DNA of 62,451 bases, filler included. It is 6 parts of 6 records of this genome, joined end to end, with 100 filler letters (N's around TTAATTAATTAA, not from the genome) between each part and the next. Parts side by side here need not be neighbours in the genome. Positions count along the whole stretch, not along the records: positions 10,099 to 23,166 come from DRR723986_6305; positions 23,267 to 34,076 come from DRR723986_6307; 4 more parts are not named here. One strand, 5' to 3'. A program made the position numbers and the translations under genes. The notes under the pieces were generated by a model. The model saw only the letters and a list, made by a program, of their open reading frames with translations, was not told where the DNA came from and made no database searches. This document shows positions 21,673-30,857 of this stretch, in pieces; the stretch's first letter is position 1, and every line of letters starts with the position of its first letter.

Positions 21673-22809
21673 ATGTTGAAACAATTTGCTGCGGCCGCCA
21701 GCCTGGTGGCCATTCTGGCGGGAGCGGCACAGGCCGAACCCGTCAAGGTCGGCATGATCACGACCCTGTCCGGCGGTGGTGCAGGTCTTGGCATCGATGC
21801 ACGTGACGGCTTCATGCTGGCGGTCAAACAGGCCGGCAACACGGATCTGGAAGTGATCATCGAAGACGACCAGCGCAAGCCGGACGTCGCGGTTCAGCTT
21901 GCCGACAAGATGATCCAGTCGGACAAGGTCGACGTCTTGACCGGCATTATCTGGTCGAACCTGGCCATGGCCGTCGTGCCGTCTGTCACAGCCCAGGGCA
22001 AGTTCTATCTGTCGCCGAACGCCGGCCCGTCCGCTCTGGCCGGCAAGGGCTGCCATCCGAACTATTTCAGCGTTGCCTATCAGAACGACAACCTGCATGA
22101 GGCCGCAGGTGCCTATGCCAAGGAAGCCGGTTTCAAGAAGAGCTTCATCCTCGCGCCGAACTATCCGGCCGGCAAGGATTCGCTGACCGGGTACAAGCGC
22201 TACTACGACGGTGAACTGGCGGGTGAGATCTACACTAAGCTGGGCCAGACCGACTATGCGGCCGAGATTGCCCAGATCCGTGCATCGGGCGCCGACAGCG
22301 TGTTCTTCTTCCTGCCTGGTGGCATGGGTATCTCCTTCCTGAAGCAGTATGCAGACAGCGGCGTCGGCCTTCCGGTCGTTGGCCCGGCCTTTTCCTTTGA
22401 TCAGGGTATCCTGCAGGCAGTCGGCGATGCTGCGCTGGGCGTGAAGAACACGAGCCAGTGGAGCAAGGATATCGACAATGATGCCAACAAGGCCTTCGTT
22501 GAAAGCTTCCAGGCCGAATACGGCCGCCTGCCGTCGCTTTATGCGGCCCAGGGCTTCGACACGGCCAACCTGCTGCTGTCGGCCATGGCGAAAGCGGATG
22601 TGACGGACGCTGACGGTTTCCGCGCAGCGCTTGAAGCAGCTGACTTCCCGTCCGTGCGCGGCAAGTTCAGCTTCGGCCCGAACCATCATCCGATCCAGGA
22701 CATCTATGTTCGCGAGGTGATCAAGGAAGGTGATGTCTACACCAACAAGATCGTCGGAACGGCCCTGACCGATCATGGTGATGCCTATTCAGCCGAGTGC
22801 AAGATGTAA
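21673..22809 (+). CDS. Liv/HAAT-type ABC transporter substrate-binding protein (aromatic-compound subgroup)
   Basis: Signal peptide after RBS AGGGGA, 'KVGMITTLSGG', 'NAGPS.LAG..C.PNYF', 'APNYPAGKD'. Confidence 0.88.
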   Translation: MLKQFAAAASLVAILAGAAQAEPVKVGMITTLSGGGAGLGIDARDGFMLAVKQAGNTDLEVIIEDDQRKPDVAVQLADKMIQSDKVDVLTGIIWSNLAMAVVPSVTAQGKFYLSPNAGPSALAGKGCHPNYFSVAYQNDNLHEAAGAYAKEAGFKKSFILAPNYPAGKDSLTGYKRYYDGELAGEIYTKLGQTDYAAEIAQIRASGADSVFFFLPGGMGISFLKQYADSGVGLPVVGPAFSFDQGILQAVGDAALGVKNTSQWSKDIDNDANKAFVESFQAEYGRLPSLYAAQGFDTANLLLSAMAKADVTDADGFRAALEAADFPSVRGKFSFGPNHHPIQDIYVREVIKEGDVYTNKIVGTALTDHGDAYSAECKM

Positions 22810-22836
22810 GACCCGGGGGGTTCTCCAAGCTTTGCG

Positions 22837-22873
22837 AAAGGCGCAGTCTCCGGGCTGCGCCTTTTTCTTTTTT
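22837..22873 (+). terminator. Intrinsic terminator
   Basis: AAAGGCGCAGT-ctccg-GGCTGCGCCTTT followed by a T-tract. Confidence 0.75.
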
Positions 22874-22975
22874 GAAATCGTGGGGCTCCCGGCGGGTCCC
22901 GGCTCGCGCTTCGCCGGAAGTATGGGGCTGGGTTCAATTTCCTTTGCCGGCGAAATTACACCTCACCCGACTTCG

Positions 22976-23166
22976 GTCTTTCCAGGGCTTGCCCCTGTAA
23001 TCCGCACCTTGACCATGCCTGCCGGGGCTGTGGTTTGGTGCAAGGGCAACGGCATGGATCCCATGGACGAGCCACGGGATGACGGCGAGCGAGCGGGAGA
23101 ATAGAGGGCATGGATATGGCGACGCTTTGCCCTGCTTCCGTCATTGCAGGGCTTGACCCTGCAATC
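22976..23166. repeat. REP-like palindromic intergenic repeats (one degenerate full unit 22976-23083, second unit 23140-23166 cut by contig end)
   Basis: GTCTTTCCAGGGCTTGCCCCTGTAATCC ... GGATCCCATGGACGAGCCACGGGATGAC, and GTCATTGCAGGGCTTGACCCTGCAATC. Confidence 0.7.
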
Positions 23167-23266
23167 NNNNNNNNNNNNNNNNNNNNNNNNNNNNNNNNNN
23201 NNNNNNNNNNTTAATTAATTAANNNNNNNNNNNNNNNNNNNNNNNNNNNNNNNNNNNNNNNNNNNN
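23167..23266. other. Artificial contig spacer
   Basis: N44-TTAATTAATTAA-N44. Confidence 0.99.
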
Positions 23267-23285
23267 GAAAGGTGGTGAAAACCAC

Positions 23286-23492
23286 ATGCAGGTTAGTGTT
23301 CGTGACAACAATGTCGATCAGGCGCTCCGTGCCCTGAAGAAAAAGCTCCAGCGTGAGGGCGTTTTCCGTGAAATGAAGCTTAAGCAGCATTTCGAAAAAC
23401 CCTCTGTCAAAAAAGCGCGCGAGAAGGCCGAAGCGATTCGCCGTGCACGCAAACTGGCGCGGAAAAAGGCACAGCGCGAGGGCATGCTGTAA
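23286..23492 (+). CDS. rpsU: 30S ribosomal protein S21
   Basis: '[37 protein letters not shown]'. Confidence 0.97.
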   Translation: MQVSVRDNNVDQALRALKKKLQREGVFREMKLKQHFEKPSVKKAREKAEAIRRARKLARKKAQREGML

Positions 23493-23521
23493 GCATACCC
23501 CTGACTGGACAGAAATTCGGC

Positions 23522-23558
23522 GACCCCCGGGCCATGGCTTCGGGGGTTTGTCATTTTC
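23522..23558 (+). terminator. Probable terminator after rpsU
   Basis: GACCCCCG...CGGGGGTT stem followed by TGTCATTTT. Confidence 0.55.
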
Positions 23559-23669
23559 GCCACCTTGCGTGGCGCCATTCTGCGCCGCTTTGTCGTGCTT
23601 GGCTGTTTCCTTATCCCCCCAGCCGGGGTAGCGTTTGGCCAACGAAACGCAGCAATGTAAGGATCTGTC

Positions 23670-24131
23670 ATGTCTGCCATCGAAGCCCGCCTTGCCGAAC
23701 TTGGCGTTACCCTTCCCGATGCGCCCGCGCCCGCGGCCAATTATGTGCCCTATGTGATCAGCGGTAATATGGTCTATGTGTCTGGGCAAATCTCGATGGC
23801 TGATGGCCAGTTGATTTGCGGCAAGCTGGGTGCGGATATGGGCATTGATGCGGGTGCCGCCGCTGCGCGCAGCTGTGCAATCAGCCTGCTGGCGCAGCTA
23901 AAGGCGGCCTGTGGCGGCGATCTTGATCGCCTGCAGCGGGTGGTAAAGCTGGTGGGGTTTGTGAATTCGACCGCAGATTTCACCGATCAGCCAAAGGTGA
24001 TCAATGGCGCCTCTGATTTCATGGTTGCGGCTTTGGGCGATGCGGGGCGGCATGCGCGCTCGGCCGTTTCGGCGGCGTCTTTGCCCCTGGGTGTGGCGGT
24101 TGAAATCGAGGCGATTTTCGAGATCGCATGA
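23670..24131 (+). CDS. RidA/YjgF family protein
   Basis: 'PAANYVP', 'VSGQ', 'NGASD', 'HARSAV..LP..VAVEIE'. Confidence 0.92.
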   Translation: MSAIEARLAELGVTLPDAPAPAANYVPYVISGNMVYVSGQISMADGQLICGKLGADMGIDAGAAAARSCAISLLAQLKAACGGDLDRLQRVVKLVGFVNSTADFTDQPKVINGASDFMVAALGDAGRHARSAVSAASLPLGVAVEIEAIFEIA

Positions 24132-24895
24132 TGCTGCCCCCTTCGTTTTTGCATGCCCCAATTGCCCACCGTGCGCTGCACGATCGTGCACAGGGGCGCA
24201 TTGAAAATGCGTTGTCGGCCATTCAGGCCGCGGTGCAGGCAGGCTATGGCATTGAAATAGATCTGCAGCTTAGCGCCGATGGCCAGCCAATGGTGTTTCA
24301 TGATTACATGCTGGATCGCCTGACAGGCGAAACCGGCATGATCAACCAGCGCCGCGCGGCCGAAATGCAAACGATCGCGCTGACAGATGGCCGGGGAGAT
24401 TGCATTCCCACCTTTGCCCAGGTGCTGGCCACTGTGGCAGGCAAAGTGCCGTTGTTGGTGGAACTGAAAGACCAAGACGGCAACCTGGGCCCCGCTGTGG
24501 GGCGGTTGGAACAGGCCGCCGCTGATGCGCTAAAGGGCTATCGCGGTGATGTGGCGGTGATGTCTTTCAACCCCAATTCAGTGCGGGTGTTTGGCGGCAT
24601 GGCCCCGCATATACCCCGGGGGTTAACCACCTGTGCCTTCGATCCAGCCGAATGGGCGCCAGTGTCGAAACAGCGGCTAAAGCGGCTGGCCGATATCCCC
24701 GATTACCAGGCCTGCGGTGCGTCCTTCATCAGCCATCAGGCGGCTGATTTGGCCAGCCCGCGCGTGGCGCAATTGCGGGCCCAGGGGGCGGCGATCTTGT
24801 GCTGGACAATCCGCAGCCCCCAGGCCGAGGCCGAGGCCCGCAAGATTGCGCAAAATATCACCTTCGAGGGGTATCACGCCGCAATCCCCGCTTGA
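24128..24895 (+). CDS. Glycerophosphodiester phosphodiesterase family protein
   Basis: 'AHRALH..EN', 'IEIDLQ', 'VFHD..LDRLT', 'VELK'. Confidence 0.9.
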   Translation: MMLPPSFLHAPIAHRALHDRAQGRIENALSAIQAAVQAGYGIEIDLQLSADGQPMVFHDYMLDRLTGETGMINQRRAAEMQTIALTDGRGDCIPTFAQVLATVAGKVPLLVELKDQDGNLGPAVGRLEQAAADALKGYRGDVAVMSFNPNSVRVFGGMAPHIPRGLTTCAFDPAEWAPVSKQRLKRLADIPDYQACGASFISHQAADLASPRVAQLRAQGAAILCWTIRSPQAEAEARKIAQNITFEGYHAAIPA

Positions 24896-24951
24896 ACACA
24901 GACGGGGCCGCACCAAATTGTGGCCCGACCCCCCTTTGAGGTGCGAAAGCG

Positions 24952-26139
24952 ATGGCCGATCAAGACGTTACGTTGGAAATAGTCACCGCGCTATCGGCGG
25001 TTTCCGCAGCCGAATGGGATAGCTGCGCCTGCCCCGAGGCCCAAAGCGGCACCCGCCCCGAAGACCCGTTTACAACCTACCGCTTTTTGCACGCACTAGA
25101 GGAAAGCGGCTCGGTCGGGGCGGGCACGGGCTGGCAGCCGCATTACCTGCTGGCGCGTGTAGAGGGGCAGTTGATCGGCTGTGCGCCCATGTATCTAAAA
25201 AGCCATTCGCAGGGTGAATATATTTTCGATCATTCCTGGGCGCATGCCTACGAGCGGGCAGGCGGGCGCTATTACCCGAAATTGCAAGTTGCGGTGCCCT
25301 TTACGCCCGCCACCGGGCGGCGGCTGTTGGTGCGCCCCGGGGTTGAAAACATGGCCCGGCAGGCCTTGGTTCAGGGCATGGCCCAGATCGGCGCCAACAA
25401 TGGGGTGTCGTCTGCGCATATTACCTTTTGCACCAAAGACGAGGCCAGCCAGGCCGCCGATCTGGGGCTGATGCACCGCACGGGCACCCAGTATCACTGG
25501 CACAATCAGGGCTACCCCGATTTTTCGGCTTTCTTGGCCGATCTCAGCGCGCGCAAGCGCAAGATGATCCGCAAAGAACGCGCGCGTGCCGCCCAGTTTG
25601 GCGGGCAAATCGTGCAGCTAACCGGCGATCAGATTGCACCGCAGCATTGGGATGCGTTTTGGCAGTTTTACCAAGATACTGGCGCGCGGAAATGGGGGCG
25701 GCCCTATCTGACACGCAGCTTTTTTGATCTGCTGCACCGCGATATGCGCGATGATCTGTTGCTGGTCTTGGCCCTGCGCAATGGTCAGCCCGTGGCGGGT
25801 GCATTGAATTTTATCGGCCGCTCGGCGCTTTTTGGCCGGTATTGGGGCTGCATCGAAGATCACCCCTGCCTGCATTTTGAATGCTGTTACTATCAAGCGA
25901 TGGATTATGCGATTGCCCATGGCCTGGCCCGGGTCGAGGCGGGGGCGCAGGGCGAACATAAACTGGCCCGTGGCTATTTGCCCGCGCAGGTGCATTCGCT
26001 GCATTGGGTGGGCGATCCGGGCTTTGCCCGCGCCATCGCGCAATATCTGGAAGAAGAGCGTAAAGCCGTGGAAGACGAGGTTGAAATCCTAACCGATTAT
26101 GGCCCGTTCCGAAAAACCGAAATGAAGGAGCAGGAATGA
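24952..26139 (+). CDS. GNAT/FemAB-like protein (DUF482)
   Basis: '[15 protein letters not shown]', 'VPFTPATG', 'GRYWG', 'LHFECCYYQ', '[13 protein letters not shown]'. Confidence 0.9.
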   Translation: MADQDVTLEIVTALSAVSAAEWDSCACPEAQSGTRPEDPFTTYRFLHALEESGSVGAGTGWQPHYLLARVEGQLIGCAPMYLKSHSQGEYIFDHSWAHAYERAGGRYYPKLQVAVPFTPATGRRLLVRPGVENMARQALVQGMAQIGANNGVSSAHITFCTKDEASQAADLGLMHRTGTQYHWHNQGYPDFSAFLADLSARKRKMIRKERARAAQFGGQIVQLTGDQIAPQHWDAFWQFYQDTGARKWGRPYLTRSFFDLLHRDMRDDLLLVLALRNGQPVAGALNFIGRSALFGRYWGCIEDHPCLHFECCYYQAMDYAIAHGLARVEAGAQGEHKLARGYLPAQVHSLHWVGDPGFARAIAQYLEEERKAVEDEVEILTDYGPFRKTEMKEQE

Positions 26140-26435
26140 CCGAATTGCTAAGCGACACCGGACGCAAAACCATGATTGCGCCACTTTTGGCCAATGGCTG
26201 GGCCATGGCCGACGGGCGCGATGCCATTTGCAAAACCTTTGTGTTTGATGATTTCACGCACGCCTTTGCCTTTATGACACGCGCTGCACTTTGGGCCGAG
26301 AAATGGGATCATCACCCCGAATGGAGCAATGTCTACAAAACCGTAACCGTGCTGCTGAGCACCCATGATGTGGGGGGCCTGTCGGCGCTAGATGCCAAAC
26401 TGGCGCGTAAAATGGACCAGCTAGTGGCGGTTTAG
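26136..26435 (+). CDS. phhB: Pterin-4-alpha-carbinolamine dehydratase
   Basis: '[14 protein letters not shown]', '[10 protein letters not shown]'. Confidence 0.93.
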   Translation: MTELLSDTGRKTMIAPLLANGWAMADGRDAICKTFVFDDFTHAFAFMTRAALWAEKWDHHPEWSNVYKTVTVLLSTHDVGGLSALDAKLARKMDQLVAV

Positions 26436-27433
26436 CCTGCGGGTGTCAGGGCCTCTGCCAGCATGGTTTTCAGCTGGTCTTCGGCATCGATATGCAGGCG
26501 CACGGGCAAGGTGATAACCTTGGTGCGAAAACTGGGGGGCAGGCGGGCTGCGTCTTTTTCTGTTGTCACCAGCTGTGCGCCGGCCTGGCGTGCCGCGCTT
26601 TCCAGCCGGTTTAGCAAGGCAGGTGTCAGGGTTTGGTGATCATCCAGCGCCTCGGTGCGCACCAGTTGCGCGCCAAGCCCGCGCAATGTGGCAAAAAACT
26701 TGTCCGGGTGGCCAATGCCGGCAAAGGCCAAAAATGGCGTGCCGCGCCAATCCATGCCGGTTTGCAGCGGCGCCAGATGGGCCTGCAGATGCGGCACGCT
26801 GATGGTGTTGTGCCAGGTCTGGGCAAAGCGGCGCTGATCATCCTCACCGCCGATTGACAGCAGCACATCGGCCCGGGCCAGCCCCACGGGCACGCGTTCG
26901 CGCAACGGGCCCGCAGGCAGGCAGCGGCCATTGCCAAAGCCTTTGGCGGCATCCACAACGACGATAGAAAAATCTTTGGCAAGCGCCGGGTTTTGAAACC
27001 CGTCATCCAGCACGATCACCTGCGCACCTTGGGCCAGTGCCGCCTGCGCGCCGGCCAGCCTGTCATGGGCCACCCATGTGCGCGCAAAGGCCGACAGCAA
27101 CAGCGGCTCGTCGCCCACCTGTGCGGCGCTGTGGTGGGTTGGATGCACCTCGACCGGCCCGGCCAGCGCCCCGCCATAGCCACGTGACACCACATGCGCC
27201 TCGAGGTGCAGGCCGCGCAGCACCTCGAGCAGGGCAATGACCGTGGGGGTTTTGCCCGTGCCGCCGGCGTTCAGGTTGCCCACGCAGACCACTGGCACCC
27301 CCAGCCGCGCCTGTGGGCCGCGGCCCAGGCGGCGTGCAGTAGCCGCGGCATAAAGCGCGCCCAGGGGCGCCAAAAGCCGGCTTTGCCATGCCGGGTTTTG
27401 GGGCGGGGTGAACCAGAATTCAGGCGCGCGCAT
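26432..27433 (-). CDS. lpxK: Tetraacyldisaccharide 4'-kinase
   Basis: '[12 protein letters not shown]', 'SRGYG', 'GDEP', 'LDDGFQ', 'TEKD'. Confidence 0.95.
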   Translation of the reverse strand: MRAPEFWFTPPQNPAWQSRLLAPLGALYAAATARRLGRGPQARLGVPVVCVGNLNAGGTGKTPTVIALLEVLRGLHLEAHVVSRGYGGALAGPVEVHPTHHSAAQVGDEPLLLSAFARTWVAHDRLAGAQAALAQGAQVIVLDDGFQNPALAKDFSIVVVDAAKGFGNGRCLPAGPLRERVPVGLARADVLLSIGGEDDQRRFAQTWHNTISVPHLQAHLAPLQTGMDWRGTPFLAFAGIGHPDKFFATLRGLGAQLVRTEALDDHQTLTPALLNRLESAARQAGAQLVTTEKDAARLPPSFRTKVITLPVRLHIDAEDQLKTMLAEALTPAG

Positions 27434-28660
27434 TCAGGCCTCCTTTGGCGGTGGGGCGGTGTCTAGCCGGTCTTGCAGCAGCTCGATCACCTGATCAGTG
27501 GCCGCCGCCCCTTGCGAAATAACCTGCCACGCCGCAAGCGCCATTTTGGCGGCCCTCTCGGGCGAGATCAACTCGCTGACCACAGGGGCCAGCCGCGTGA
27601 TATCGGGCAGCGCCACCGCAGCCCCCGCCGCCTGTAGCTGTGCATAAGCGGCCTGATGTGCGCCAGTTGCGCTGGCAAAAACCACCGCCGAGCCAAGCGC
27701 CGCAGGGGCAAAAGGATCTTGCGCCGCATCTGGGCTGTGCAGGGTGCTGGCCATCAATGTCAAAGGGGCCAGCCGATACCACAGGCCCATCTCGTCGGTG
27801 CCATCTGCCAGCAAGATCTGGGTTGTCTCATTGGGCAATTCCCCCCGCGCCCAACGCGCCACGCGCCAGCCCTCGTCATCCAGGGTGGCGGCAAAGCCTG
27901 GCTCGTCGTCGGCATCATCTGGCACAACGATCAACAGCATGCGGTGGGCATAGCGCATCGCGGCGCGATGGGCCTCGGTGATTGTGGCCAGCCCATCGCG
28001 GTTGACATGGGCCGCCAGCCACACCTGCCGGTCGGTCAGGGCGTTTGACAGCTCTTCACGCGCATCAGAATCGTGGGGTAGGGCCATGCTGGCCTGTTGC
28101 AGCGGGCCCACAACATGCAGCGCGCTTTGGGGCAGGCCCAAACGCAACAGCCGTTGCCCGGTGTTTTCGTCTTGGGCAAAAACCGCACGGAAGCTGTGCA
28201 AAACCTGGCGCGCCGGGTCTGGCAGCCAGCGGGCGCGAATGGCCTCGAACCCGCTTTCAGCGGCGTTCACCAACACCAAAGCCATGCCAGAATGGGCGGC
28301 CTGTTGCAGCAAAACGGGGCGCAGGTTGCCATGGGCCCACAGGCACAGATCGGGCCGCCAATGGCCCAAAAAGCTGCGCACAGCATCGGGTTTTTCTGCC
28401 ACCACCACCTCGGCTGCGGCCAAGGCGCGGGGCAGTAGTGTGGGTAGGGGGCCACCTTGGTGGGTAAGCAGCAAATGCACATCGGGGCGCTGTTGATAAA
28501 GCCGCTCGAACAGGCGCAGCAGCACTGCAATATCTTGGGTGGCCGCGGCATGTGCCCAAATCAGCTGGCCCCTTGGGCGGTTGGCGCTGGGCGCGTATTT
28601 GCTGGCCCGTGCCCTGCCTGGCAAGCCAGTATAAGACGAAAGGCCCATTGCGCGTGCCAT
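27434..28660 (-). CDS. waaA: Kdo transferase (WaaA/KdtA)-like protein, divergent
   Basis: 'RP.GQLIWAHA', 'FL.HWRPD', 'DGTDEMGLWYRLA', 'PAALG'. Immediately upstream of lpxK. Confidence 0.75.
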   Translation of the reverse strand: MARAMGLSSYTGLPGRARASKYAPSANRPRGQLIWAHAAATQDIAVLLRLFERLYQQRPDVHLLLTHQGGPLPTLLPRALAAAEVVVAEKPDAVRSFLGHWRPDLCLWAHGNLRPVLLQQAAHSGMALVLVNAAESGFEAIRARWLPDPARQVLHSFRAVFAQDENTGQRLLRLGLPQSALHVVGPLQQASMALPHDSDAREELSNALTDRQVWLAAHVNRDGLATITEAHRAAMRYAHRMLLIVVPDDADDEPGFAATLDDEGWRVARWARGELPNETTQILLADGTDEMGLWYRLAPLTLMASTLHSPDAAQDPFAPAALGSAVVFASATGAHQAAYAQLQAAGAAVALPDITRLAPVVSELISPERAAKMALAAWQVISQGAAATDQVIELLQDRLDTAPPPKEA

Positions 28661-28661
28661 G

Positions 28662-29468
28662 TCAGCGGCCCTGCGCCGGTTCTAACGCCACAGGGCGCAG
28701 CTGGCCCATCAGATTGCCATGCAACGCGGGGTTGGCGGCCACAACGCCATTTACCTGTGGGTGTGGGTTATTAAACCGCAGCGTTTGGCCATTGCGGTCG
28801 GTAATGGCGGCCCCTGCCTGCTGCAAAATAACGGCACCGGCCGCAATATCCCATTCCCAGCTGGGGCGCAGCGTCAACATCGCATCAAACCGGCCTTCGG
28901 CCACCAGCGACAGCCGATAGGCCAAAGACGGGCGATAGACACGGGTGACATCGGGCACCGCCCCTTGCCAATGGCTGGCATCGTAATTGGGTTTTGCCGC
29001 CACCACGGTGGCGCCTTGCAATTGCCTGCGCCCGGCCACGCGTATGGGCTGGCCATTCAACTGTGCCCCCAGCCCGGCTGCCGCACGGTAAAGCTTGTTT
29101 TTCATGGGCAGATACACCACCCCCGCCACGGGCACACCGTTTTCAACAATGGCCAAGGCATGCGCCCAGGCGTTGCCCCCTTCGATGAAACTGCGGGTGC
29201 CATCGATCGGGTCGATCACAAAAACCCGGCCATCGCCCAGCCGCTTGGTGCCGTCTTCGGTTTCCTCGGACAGCCAGCCATAGCCCGGGCGGGCGCTGCG
29301 CAGCGATGTGCACAGCAGCTCATTCACCGCATGATCGGCGGCTGTAACAGGGCCCAGGTTGCCAGGCTTTTCGCTGATCTCGTAGCGTTGCCCAACAAAG
29401 CTGCGTGCCAGTTTGCCCGCCGCCAGCGCCGCCTGTGTCAGCAAGTCTAAATCATCATGCACCGGCAA
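28662..29468 (-). CDS. Inositol monophosphatase / CysQ-family phosphatase
   Basis: 'VTAAD', 'LSEE', 'IDPIDGT', 'WDIAAG'. TTG start overlaps the pmbA stop. Confidence 0.9.
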   Translation of the reverse strand: MPVHDDLDLLTQAALAAGKLARSFVGQRYEISEKPGNLGPVTAADHAVNELLCTSLRSARPGYGWLSEETEDGTKRLGDGRVFVIDPIDGTRSFIEGGNAWAHALAIVENGVPVAGVVYLPMKNKLYRAAAGLGAQLNGQPIRVAGRRQLQGATVVAAKPNYDASHWQGAVPDVTRVYRPSLAYRLSLVAEGRFDAMLTLRPSWEWDIAAGAVILQQAGAAITDRNGQTLRFNNPHPQVNGVVAANPALHGNLMGQLRPVALEPAQGR

Positions 29469-30801
29469 GCATCATCCCTTCGACCAAAACCGAGGGCACA
29501 ACCCGCGACAACCAGTGCCGCCCGTCATTGGCCGGCACCATGCTGCGCAACATATCGTGCAAATTACCAGCCACGGTGCATTCGTTCACCGGATAGGCGA
29601 TCTGCCCGTTTTCCACCCAAAACCCAGAGGCGCCGCGGGAATAATCGCCCGTGTTTGGGTTGATCGTGGCACCGATCATTGATGTCACCAGCAGCCCCGT
29701 GCCCATCATCGCCACCAGATCGGCGCGGCTATGTGGGCCTTGGGTTAGGCTTAGGTTCCAATGCGCGGGGGATGGCGGGCCGCCCGTGCCGCGGGCGGCA
29801 TTGCCTGTGGGGGCCATGCCCAACCGCCGGGCGGTGGCCAAATCCAGCGTCCAGCCCGTAAGAATGCCGTTATCGATAATCGTGCGGGCCTGGGTGGGCA
29901 GCCCCTCGGCATCGAAGGGGTGCGAGCCGCTGATGCGCGGGCGATGCGGGTCTTCTACCAGCGACAGGCCGCTGGGCAGCACCTGCTGGCCCAGCGCATT
30001 GCGCAACCACGAACCGCCACGGGCGATGGCCTGCCCATTGATGGCGGCGGCCAAATGCCCGATCAGCGACGATGAGATGCGTTCGTCAAACAGCACCGGA
30101 TAGGCGCCAGTGGGCGGCTTGCGCGCGCCCAACCGCGCCACCGCGCGTTCGGCGGCAGTGCGGCCAATATCGGCGGCATTGCGCAAATCGGCCTGAAAAC
30201 TGCGGCCATCGCCATCGTAATCACGCTCCATCCCGGTGCCGGTGCCGGCAATAGCCACGCAGGAAATGCTGCGTTGGGTGCGCGCGTAACCGGCTGAAAA
30301 CCCGTTGCTGGCCGCCAGCCAGATATCGGTGCGCCCATAGCCTGCATTGGCGCCTTGCACCTGCGATATGCCCGCGATTTGCCGGGCGGCGGCCTCGGCC
30401 TGCAGGGCATCTTCTTGCAAGGCCTCTGGCGTGGGCTCGGGCGCGGGATCGCACAGTTGCAGGGCGCCGGCATCGGGGTTTTGCGCCAGCTGCGATGGAT
30501 CGGCCAGGCCTGCATGCGGGTCGTGCGGCGCCTCGCGGGCCATGGCCACGGCACGCAGGGCCATTTCCTGCAAGGTTTCTGGCCGGATATCCGAGGCCGA
30601 AACATTGGCCTGGCGTTGGCCCACAAACACCCGCAACCCCAGATCTACCCCTTCCGATCGTTCGGCCTGCTCTAAGCTGCCTTCGCGAATATCGATCGAC
30701 ACAGACGTGCCGCCAACAGCCATGCTATCTGCAGCATCGGCGCCCGCTGTGCGTGCGGCATCCAGCAATTGCTGGCACAGGGCCTCTAGGGGATGGGACA
30801 T
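29455..30801 (-). CDS. pmbA: TldD/PmbA family protein (PmbA/TldE)
   Basis: 'FDAEG', 'TGDYSRGASGFWVENG..YPVNE.T.AGNL'. RBS AAGGAG before ATG 30801. Confidence 0.9.
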   Translation of the reverse strand: MSHPLEALCQQLLDAARTAGADAADSMAVGGTSVSIDIREGSLEQAERSEGVDLGLRVFVGQRQANVSASDIRPETLQEMALRAVAMAREAPHDPHAGLADPSQLAQNPDAGALQLCDPAPEPTPEALQEDALQAEAAARQIAGISQVQGANAGYGRTDIWLAASNGFSAGYARTQRSISCVAIAGTGTGMERDYDGDGRSFQADLRNAADIGRTAAERAVARLGARKPPTGAYPVLFDERISSSLIGHLAAAINGQAIARGGSWLRNALGQQVLPSGLSLVEDPHRPRISGSHPFDAEGLPTQARTIIDNGILTGWTLDLATARRLGMAPTGNAARGTGGPPSPAHWNLSLTQGPHSRADLVAMMGTGLLVTSMIGATINPNTGDYSRGASGFWVENGQIAYPVNECTVAGNLHDMLRSMVPANDGRHWLSRVVPSVLVEGMMLAGA

Positions 30802-30857
30802 GCATACTCCTTCACACTGTGGCACAGGCGGGGCTGTGCCATGGGCCAGATTTAGCC

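Noticed and set aside
20440-22776. 778-aa minus-strand ORF
   Set aside because: Antisense to kynA and the binding-protein gene. This is a codon-bias shadow.
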